Below, piece by piece: positions 10,128-17,974 of a stretch of DNA of 64,000 nt. A program made the position numbers and the translations under genes. The notes below the pieces were generated by a model that made no database searches, was not told the DNA's origin, and saw nothing but the letters and a program-made list of their open reading frames with translations. Position 1 is the first letter of the stretch, and each line of letters begins with the position of its first letter. Origin of the DNA: Candidatus Eiseniibacteriota bacterium (GTDB lineage: Bacteria > Eisenbacteria > RBG-16-71-46 > CAVPCR01); assembly GCA_963702435.1 (NCBI GenBank), contig CAVPCR010000005.1:288001-352000 (forward strand), read 5' to 3'.

Positions 10128-11645
10128 TTACCTGACAATCACGACCTGCGCCGACCGGGCGAGGCGCCCCGCCTTGAGGCGGCAGAAGTACACGCCCGAC
10201 GGGACCGAGTCGCCGCGGCTATCGCGGCCGTCCCATATCGCCGCCTGCGACCCCGGGCCCTGCCGCGAGTCGACCACTTGCCGCACCTCGTGACCCGTGC
10301 AGTCGTAGATCGCCAGATCGACGCCCGACCCGGCGGCGAGCTCGTAGCGGATGGCCACTCCTCCGCCGGCGGCCAGTCGGTTCTCGATCGACAGCCCGGC
10401 GTCCGGCGCTCGTACCTCCTGAGGATCCGTGACCGAGACGTCGGCGGGCCGCCCCACGGCGACGAGGATCATCGGGATGTCGGTCGACGGCACTCCGGTC
10501 GCCTCGCGCACGGCGGACTGCTCGGCCGCAGTGAGCTCCTGGGTCCAGTACGCCTGGAGGTCCATGCTCGCCGCCGCGAGCAGAGCACCCGCGCCGGCGA
10601 AGCCCACCTCGAGCTCCGGCCACGCGCCCGTGCTCCCGACGCAGATGATCAGGTAGTGCGGGGCATCCGCCAGTCGCGGCACTGCCGAGCGGAGCGCCGG
10701 CCGCACGTCGCCCGGCCGCAGCATTTCGATTCGATGATCCCGCGTCGTCATGTCCGTGCCCGGCGGCCGGCGATTGTGGAACCTGTGCACACCGTCCGCG
10801 CCGACCATGTACACCCGCCGGGTGAGGTAGTAGTTGGCGACCGCCGAGGAGCAGACCAACCCGGCTTTCCCCGAGGCGTAGTGGTTGCTGCAGCCGTACG
10901 CGGCCCAGAGGATCTGGGACACCTCGGCGGGAGTCAGGCTCGCCGCGGCGAACGTCGAGTCGTACGCCAGCGCATCCAGGGCGTCGTCGAGGAACACGGG
11001 TCCGTCGGTGCGCGGGTCGGGCAGCGTGCCGTCCGAGGACACCGCGACGAGAGACGTCGTGAGTCCGGCCACGCTCCGCATGCCGAAGCTGACCACGATG
11101 TCGATCGGCTCGACGGGATTCCAGTTCGCGTTCGCGTACGTGGCGGCGCTCGCCCGCGGGCAGCTCGCGAGCTGATTGGCCGCTCCGGTCCACAGGGCGA
11201 CGGATTCGAGCTGCGCGAGATGCATCGCGGCGCCGGCATCGATCGTGCTCGGCGCCGCGAAACCCACCTCGAAGGCAGCGGTGGCGTCGGAGCGCCAGTT
11301 CCCGGCCTTGTGCACGATCAGCGTGTGGTTCGTCGGGTCATAGATGTAGACGTTCTGCGCCGTGGCGGCGTAGATCGTGAGGGACATGCCGGTCGCGCGG
11401 GCGCTGGCCGCCGCATGAAGCACATTCGCCAGCATCTGCTCGGTTCCGGCCGCGTTCCAGCCCCCGTGATACGAGAGCCGCGAGTTCATGCAGATCTCGG
11501 TGGAGCGCGGATTGATCACGGGCGGGGGCAGGGTTTCGCGGAGCTGGCCGCCGGCGCCGCCGGGGGCGGACGCTGCGGCCGCCGGCAGGCAAGCCCAGAG
11601 AAGGAGGGCCGACAGGCTGAGTCTCGCATGATCGTTCGCCATCAT
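10128..11645 (-). CDS. secreted nitroreductase/SagB-like domain protein with FlgD-Ig CTD
   Basis: GAGGAG RBS before ATG 11645; signal peptide; EVSQILWAAYG motif typical of SagB-type nitroreductase folds; WDGRD...SGVYF CTD. Confidence 0.65.
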   Translation of the reverse strand: MMANDHARLSLSALLLWACLPAAAASAPGGAGGQLRETLPPPVINPRSTEICMNSRLSYHGGWNAAGTEQMLANVLHAAASARATGMSLTIYAATAQNVYIYDPTNHTLIVHKAGNWRSDATAAFEVGFAAPSTIDAGAAMHLAQLESVALWTGAANQLASCPRASAATYANANWNPVEPIDIVVSFGMRSVAGLTTSLVAVSSDGTLPDPRTDGPVFLDDALDALAYDSTFAAASLTPAEVSQILWAAYGCSNHYASGKAGLVCSSAVANYYLTRRVYMVGADGVHRFHNRRPPGTDMTTRDHRIEMLRPGDVRPALRSAVPRLADAPHYLIICVGSTGAWPELEVGFAGAGALLAAASMDLQAYWTQELTAAEQSAVREATGVPSTDIPMILVAVGRPADVSVTDPQEVRAPDAGLSIENRLAAGGGVAIRYELAAGSGVDLAIYDCTGHEVRQVVDSRQGPGSQAAIWDGRDSRGDSVPSGVYFCRLKAGRLARSAQVVIVR

Positions 11646-11664
11646 GTCTCCTCGCGGCCGGTGG

Positions 11665-12306
11665 TCATTCGCTCGCGTCCCGGTAGGCGCTCTTGATCGC
11701 TCCCCATGTCGCCGCCGCGACCGGCGTGGCCGCGCAGGGGTCGGGCTCACATGTCGTCCCGTCCCCCAGGTAGATGCCGCCCGCGCTCGCGCACTGCCCG
11801 GGGAGCAGGACGGTGCAACCGGCGGTGAGACAGCAGGCGCCGCCGCAGGAACCGCAGGCAGCCACGGTCACAACGTAAGCGCCGCAGGCAGTCGAGTAAC
11901 CGGAGACGCCGATCGTGTACGTGCGGCCCGCCTGCATGCGCAGCGTGAGCTCGGACTGGAGACCGCAGAAGTCATCATTGCAGGCGATCTCGATGCCGTC
12001 CTCGAGGGCATAGAGAACGGTGTCATAGCCGGAGCCGCAGGCCGAGAACGTCACCATGAGGTTCGCCGGCGCCGTGTACTGGTAGAACAGGTCCGGCGCG
12101 TGGTTGTCACCACACGATGCGATGAAGTCCTGGGTGTGCCCGCAGGTATTGCCCGTGTCGAAGAAGGGAAACGCGGCGATGACGGTGGCGGTGGCAATGG
12201 TCTCGCCACCGGTCGCCGTATCGCCGAACGCGGCCAGGGCAGGAAGGAACAGGAAGCAAGAAGCGGAGGCTGTGACGAGCAGGCACCGGGCACCAGACAT
12301 GAGCAT
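11665..12306 (-). CDS. secreted Cys-rich protein (PPC-like domain, GACC motif) with C-terminal TWGxIK tail
   Basis: GGAGGAGG RBS before ATG 12306; signal peptide; SGYDTVLY, ACNDDFCG; ends ATWGAIKSAYRDASE. Confidence 0.75.
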   Translation of the reverse strand: MLMSGARCLLVTASASCFLFLPALAAFGDTATGGETIATATVIAAFPFFDTGNTCGHTQDFIASCGDNHAPDLFYQYTAPANLMVTFSACGSGYDTVLYALEDGIEIACNDDFCGLQSELTLRMQAGRTYTIGVSGYSTACGAYVVTVAACGSCGGACCLTAGCTVLLPGQCASAGGIYLGDGTTCEPDPCAATPVAAATWGAIKSAYRDASE

Positions 12307-12447
12307 GACCTCCTCCAAGAGGTCCGTCTGGCGGCCACCCGCCGGGCCGGAGGGTCGCGTGGCGGATCGCTGTGCAGTCGAAAGGCTACACCCTGGGCGA
12401 CGACCCGACAAGGCCTGCTCTCCGGGTGCTCTCCCTCCGGGTGCTCC

Positions 12448-13446
12448 CTACCGGTACGCGCTCTTGATGCCGCCCCACGTCCGGGATTCGACGGCCGTGG
12501 AGCCGCACGGCGGGATGCCCGGGCCTTCGAAGGTGATCGCGTAGCGCGTGCCGCAAGGGATGCCGGTGAACACGTCAGAGCTGGCAAAGAAGTAGAAGCT
12601 CCCCGGCCCGGTGAACGGCAGCGGTGAATGATCGATGTTCGTCGTCGCGAGGATCGCCGGCGGGCACTCCGGTGTGAGCACGAACCTGCGGAGCGGAGGG
12701 ATCTCGCCGCTGCCGTTATAGGTGAAGGCGCCCGGCCCCACGGTGAGCCGATACCAGTCGGTGTCGCGGTAGTTCATTCCCTCGAACATGAAGGTGCCCA
12801 TCTCGCCGCAGATGGAGCCGCACGCCACATCCGTGAAGATGATCGGGTTGGAACCGCAGCCACCATTGTAGTTGTCGACATAGTCCGGACCGCATCGGGG
12901 CTCCCCCTCGATCTGGGAGTCGGGCGGACAGAAGAAGGGCGGCGGCGGGAAGCAGGTGTTGAAGGTATAGTTCCCGCAGTTCATGGAGTAGCCATCGACA
13001 ACGAAGTAGTAAGTATAGCCGGCGGTCAGCGGGACGTTGTCGAGCTGCGACTGCAGACCGCAGTCGTCATCGTTGCAGGCGATCTCCCCGCCCGGTCCGT
13101 AGACGTAGAGGATCGTGTCGAAGTCCGAGCCGCACAGGGAGAGGCAGATGTTCACATTGGTGCTCGGCGTGTACCTGTAGACGAGGTCGCCGGCCTGGCT
13201 CAAGGCACAGGTTGGCGTGTAGTCATTGATCGCTGCGCACGTATTGCCCGTGTCGAAGAAGGGAAGCGAGCTGATGACGGTCGCCGTGGCGAAGGTCTCG
13301 CCGCCCATGTCCGGCGCTCCCCGGGGTGGGACCCAGGCGCCGCCGGGCGCCTTGGGCGCGACGCAGTTGGATGGTCCCTCCGACCGAGCGGGCGGGGCCG
13401 CAGCCAGGAGGACTCCGCAGAACAGGAACAACGCCGATCGTACCAA
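12448..13446 (-). CDS. secreted Cys-rich paralogue of the downstream gene, with C-terminal TWGxIK tail
   Basis: TTG start; shares GGET.ATATVI...PFFDTGNTC and IACNDD.CGLQS blocks with 11665-12306; ends RTWGGIKSAYR. Confidence 0.75.
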   Translation of the reverse strand: MVRSALFLFCGVLLAAAPPARSEGPSNCVAPKAPGGAWVPPRGAPDMGGETFATATVISSLPFFDTGNTCAAINDYTPTCALSQAGDLVYRYTPSTNVNICLSLCGSDFDTILYVYGPGGEIACNDDDCGLQSQLDNVPLTAGYTYYFVVDGYSMNCGNYTFNTCFPPPPFFCPPDSQIEGEPRCGPDYVDNYNGGCGSNPIIFTDVACGSICGEMGTFMFEGMNYRDTDWYRLTVGPGAFTYNGSGEIPPLRRFVLTPECPPAILATTNIDHSPLPFTGPGSFYFFASSDVFTGIPCGTRYAITFEGPGIPPCGSTAVESRTWGGIKSAYR

Positions 13447-13575
13447 TCGTCCCCGCTTTCCCCGGGACCCCTATGCTTGGCAATCATACCACCGCGCCGA
13501 CCCTGGCTGCGATCGCACCCGCCGCGCTGGCGGAGACCATTGTCATCGACGCCGAGGATCTCGGCGAGGCCTCCG

Positions 13576-14298
13576 GAGCGACACGAGGTGGCGAAGATGA
13601 TCGGCGCGCCGCCCGGCTACATCGGCTACGGCGAGGGCGGCCAGCTCACCGAGCGGGTGCGGCGGCAGCCCTACTCGGTCGTCCTCTTCGATGAGATCGA
13701 GAAGGCGCATCCCGACATCTTCAACCTCCTCCTGCAAGTGCTCGACGAGGGGCTCCTCACCGACGCGCAGGGCCGGCGCGTGAGCTTCCGCAACACGATC
13801 GTGATCGGTACCTCGAACCTCGGCTCGAGCCAGCTCGCCGAGAAGCGGGCGATCGGCTTCGGCGGCGGCCAGGGCCAGATGAGCTACGACGAGGCGCGGA
13901 CCCTCGTCCTGGGCGAGGTGCGAAAGCACTTCCGGCCCGAGTTCCTGAACCGGATCGACGACATGATCGTCTTCCATCAGCTCGACGCGTCGCACATCCG
14001 CGCAATCGTGGACAAGCAGCTCGCGCGGCTCGCGGCGCGCCTGTCCGAGCTCTCGATCTCGCTCGCGGCGAGCGCCGAGGTCAAGGACCTCCTCGCCCGC
14101 GAGGGCTTCCATCCGACCTACGGCGCGCGGCCGCTCCGCCGCGAGATCGAGCGGCGGATCGAGAACCCGCTCTCGATGCGGATCGTGCGCGGCGAGTTCA
14201 AGGCGGGCGACCGGGTCCGGGTCGAGCTCCGCGGCGAGGAGGTCGTCCTCGAGCGCGAACCGGGCGCCGGCGAGCCGGGCGCCGGCGGACAGCAGTAA
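13576..14298 (+). pseudogene. C-terminal fragment of a ClpC/ClpB-type AAA+ ATPase (second half of NBD2 plus D2-small domain)
   Basis: GAPPGYIGYGEGGQLTE, VVLFDEIEKAHPD, FRPEFLNRID and YGARPLRR; no Walker A, NBD1 or N-domain upstream. Confidence 0.75.
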
Positions 14299-14402
14299 GA
14301 AGCGCAGCCCCTCCTCGCCGGCCAGCCGCCGCGCGGCGACATGGCACGCCTCGTGCTCCACCTCTCAGCGCGCCTCCCCGCTCCACCTGAGAGGAGCACG
14401 CC

Positions 14403-15267
14403 ATGCGCGCCGCGATCGCCGTCTCGTTCGTTCTCGCCGTCGCCCTCTCCGCGCTCGCCGACAGCCGAAGCCGCCGCCTGGGGCACCGTCGTCTACGACC
14501 ACTCTCTTCTCGTCCGCCAGCGCGACGAGTGCGAGCCCCGCGGCCCGCACCCCGACCGGGGCTGCGACCAGTGCCTCCCCTACGCCTACATGCCCCTTCA
14601 TCCCTGGAATCGCATCTTCTGCGGGGACGGGACCACCGACTGGTGCCCGTGGCGCTGGGAGGACTGCGACTTCTGCAATGGATCCTGCGCCATCATCTAT
14701 CGCAAGGATCCCCTCCGCTGGGTACCCGTGTACGCCGACATGGGCCCGGTGCACACGGCGATCGAGAACTGCCAGGAGTGGCGGTGGCAGACCTACGGGC
14801 AGGGTCCGCTCGGCCCGGTCTCCGGCGCCTACGCGTACGGCGAGGAGATGGCGTGGATCCCGGCGCACGGGCGCGATTACGACGATCTGCCTGCCGATCC
14901 CGTCTACCAGGCGGAGCTCGCCGCCTACACCGGAGAGCCGGCGCGCACGCTGGAGGCCGCGTGGCAGTACCGGGTCGGGCTCTTCGCGGTGATGATGGAG
15001 TCGGCGCGGACCGGCGCCGATCGCGCCCACTACGAGCGGGCAGCGAACCTCTGCGCCTGGTACGCGATCGTCCGCTTCGCCCCGCCGGAAGATGTGGGAC
15101 GCATGCTCGAGGCGTGCGGATTCCCGGCCCAGGTGTCGAACTGGGAATGGGACGACCTGACCGCGATCCAGGAGACCACGTGCTCGGCGTTCCTCTTCGC
15201 CGATTGCTGGGATCCGGTCGATGCGGCAACGTGGGGCGGGATCAAGAAGCTGTTCCGGGACCGGTAG
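14403..15267 (+). CDS. secreted Cys/Trp-rich hypothetical protein with TWGxIK tail (one frameshift near 14460 as given)
   Basis: GAGGAG RBS and ATG 14403 give the signal peptide MRAAIAVSFVLAVALSALA, which joins the TAEAAAWG frame; ends ATWGGIKKLFRDR. Confidence 0.65.
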
Positions 15268-15350
15268 CTCGGGGCCTGCCAGAGCCCGCACCGGCCGGCG
15301 GGGAGAAGCTGCTTGCGGGAGCGGGCGCCGCCGCCTAGGCTTCTCGCATC

Positions 15351-16397
15351 ATGACCCGCGACGATATCCGACAGAAGCTCACGGCGCTCGTCGAGTGCGC
15401 GGGCTGAGCGTCGAAGCTCGGGCTGGAGGATCTGGCCCGCGTTCTCGCAGAGCTCCCGCCGCTCCCGCCGAATCCGGACGTGCTCGTCGGCACCGAGACC
15501 TGGGATGACGCCGGCGTGATCCGGGTGTCGGCGGAGCTTGCCCTGGTCCAGACGGTCGATTTCTTCACGCCGATCGTGGACGACCCGCGCGATTTCGGGG
15601 CGGTGGCCGCCGCCAACGCGCTCTCCGATTGCTATGCGATGGGCGGGACGCCGTGGACCGCGCTCGGCATCGTCGGCTTTCCGCAGAAGACGCTGCCGCT
15701 CGAGGTGCTGGTGGCGACCATGCAGGGCGCGCAGGAGATCCTCGCCGAGGCGGGGGTCGCGCTCCTCGGCGGGCACACGGTCAAGGACCCCGAGTTCAAG
15801 TTCGGGCTCGCCGTGACGGGGCGCGTGCATCCCGATCGTATCGTGCGGAACCGTGGCGCCCGCCCCGGAGACCTGCTCCTCCTCACGAAACCCCTCGGCA
15901 CGGGCATCCTCGCGACCGCGATCAAGCGCGAGCAGCTCGATCCGGAGACGGCCGCGCTCCTCGTCCGCACGATGCGCACGCTCAATCGCGCCGCCGGCGA
16001 GGCGATGGTCGAGGCGGGAGCGCACGCGGCGACCGACATCACGGGCTTCGGCCTCATCGGCCACGCGCTCCACATGGCGCGCGCCTCGGAGGTGACCTTG
16101 CGCTTCACTGCAAGTGCCATGCCGGCGCTGCCGCGAGCGCACGAGCTCCTCGCCGCGGGCGTCTTCCCCGGCGGGCTCAAGGACAACGCGGCCGCGCTGG
16201 CGCCGCACGTGCGGATGCCCGACGACGCGGCGCTGCGTCTCCTTTTCGACCCGCAGACGTCCGGCGGACTCCTCGTGAGCCTCGCCCCGGCGGATGAGGC
16301 CCGCTTCCAGGCGGGGCTTGCGGCGCGCGGCGCACCACCCGCGGCACGTGTGGGCGAGGTGGTCGCGCGGCAGGAGACCTGGATCGAGGTGATCTGA
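15351..16397 (+). CDS. selD: selenide,water dikinase (selenophosphate synthetase), selenocysteine-containing
   Basis: MTRDDIRQKLTALVECAG-UGA-ASKL (TGA at 15405-15407), then DDAG, QTVDFFTPIVDDP, NALSD, TDITGFGL and DPQTSGGLL. Confidence 0.95.
15419..15439 (+). promoter_or_regulatory. putative bacterial SECIS hairpin
   Basis: CGGGCTGGA-GGA-TCTGGCCCG: 9-bp stem (2 GU pairs) with a G-containing apical loop, beginning 11 nt after the UGA. Confidence 0.7.
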
Positions 16398-17974
16398 TGA
16401 CGGCGTCACCGCCGCCGTCGCCAGCGCCTCCCCCGCCGCCGTCGCCAGTGCCTCCCCAACTGCACTCGCCAGCGCCTCCCCCGCCGCTTCCCCCGCTCGG
16501 CGATCTCCCGGCCAGCGAGCTCGAGCGCGCGGGCGCCCAGGCGCTCGCCTGGATCGCCGATTACCTCGAGCACCCGGAGCGCTACCCGGTGCTCGCGCGG
16601 GTCAAGCCGGGCGAGCTCAAGGCGCGTCTCCCCGCACAGGCGCCCGCCGGCGGCGAGCCGCTCGACACGATCCTCGCCGACTTCGAGCAGCTCATCGTCC
16701 CCGCCGTCACCCACTGGAACCATCCCGGGTTCATGGCCTACTTCGGCATCACGGGATCGGTGCCCGGGATCCTCGGCGAGCTCCTGACCGCCGCCCTCAA
16801 CGTGAACGCCATGCTCTGGCGCACGTCGCCGGCCGGCACCGAGCTCGAAGAGGTCGTCCTCGGCTGGCTGCGCAAGATGATCGGCCTCCCACCCGCATTC
16901 GCCGGCGCGATCCAGGACACGGCTTCCGCATCGAGCTTGACCGCGCTCACCGCGGCGCGCGAGGCGGTGCCCGGACTCGAGGTGCGGCAGCGCGGCCTTC
17001 TCGGGCGGCCCGACCAGGCCCCGCTCGTCCTCTACACCTCGAGCGAGGCGCACTCCTCGATCGAGAAGGCGGCGATCGTGATCGGCATCGGCTTGGACGG
17101 CGTCTCGAAGGTGGCGACCGACGCCGAGTACCGGATGGACATCGGGGATCTCGAGCGGCGGATCGCCGCCGATCGCGCCGCCGGGAAGCGCCCCTTCGCG
17201 ATCGTCGCGACCGTCGGCACCACCTCGACCACCTCGATCGATCCGGTCCCCGCGCTCGCCGAGATCTGCGCGCGCGAGGGGCTCTGGCTCCACGTGGACG
17301 CGGCCTACGGCGGCGCCGCGGCCATCCTCCCCGAGATGCGGCACATCCTCGCCGGGTGCGAGCACGCCGACTCGGTGATCGTGAACCCGCACAAGTGGCT
17401 CTTCACGCCGATCGACTGCTCGGCGCTCTACTGCCGGCGACCGGAGGTCCTCACCGCGGCCACGAGCCTCGTCCCGGAGTACCTGCGCGCGCCGGAGGCG
17501 GGCGTCACCAATCTCATGGACTGGGGCACCTCGCTCGGCCGCCGCTTCCGCGCGCTCAAGCTGTGGATGGTGCTCCGGGCCTTCGGCCAGGAGGGACTTT
17601 CGGCGCGGATCCGCGAACATCTGCGGCTGGCGCAGGTGGCGGCGGCGGAGATCGACGCGGCGTCCGACCTCGAGCGGCTGGCACCGGTGCCCTTCTCGAC
17701 CGTCTGTTTCCGCGTCCGCCCGCCGGAGCTCCGCGGTCGCGAAGACGAGCCGGCGGTACGCGAGCACCTGAACGCGCTCAACGCGGCGGCCCTCGCCGCC
17801 GTCAACCGGACCGGCGAGGTGATGCTCTCGCACACGGCGCTCCGCGGGCGGACGACGCTCCGGATGGCGATCGGGAACGTGCGCACAGAGGAGCGGCACG
17901 TCAGGCGGGCGCTCGCGCTCGTGCGCGAGCACGGGGCGCGGGAGCATGCCGCGCTCGGCCGCGGGTCAGCGTAG
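16397..17974 (+). CDS. group II PLP-dependent decarboxylase (aromatic-L-amino-acid decarboxylase family)
   Basis: THWNHP, AHSSIEKA, WLHVDAAYGG, NPHKW (PLP lysine) and LGRRFRALKLW; TGATG overlap with selD; Pro-rich repeated N-terminus. Confidence 0.9.
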   Translation: MTASPPPSPAPPPPPSPVPPQLHSPAPPPPLPPLGDLPASELERAGAQALAWIADYLEHPERYPVLARVKPGELKARLPAQAPAGGEPLDTILADFEQLIVPAVTHWNHPGFMAYFGITGSVPGILGELLTAALNVNAMLWRTSPAGTELEEVVLGWLRKMIGLPPAFAGAIQDTASASSLTALTAAREAVPGLEVRQRGLLGRPDQAPLVLYTSSEAHSSIEKAAIVIGIGLDGVSKVATDAEYRMDIGDLERRIAADRAAGKRPFAIVATVGTTSTTSIDPVPALAEICAREGLWLHVDAAYGGAAAILPEMRHILAGCEHADSVIVNPHKWLFTPIDCSALYCRRPEVLTAATSLVPEYLRAPEAGVTNLMDWGTSLGRRFRALKLWMVLRAFGQEGLSARIREHLRLAQVAAAEIDAASDLERLAPVPFSTVCFRVRPPELRGREDEPAVREHLNALNAAALAAVNRTGEVMLSHTALRGRTTLRMAIGNVRTEERHVRRALALVREHGAREHAALGRGSA

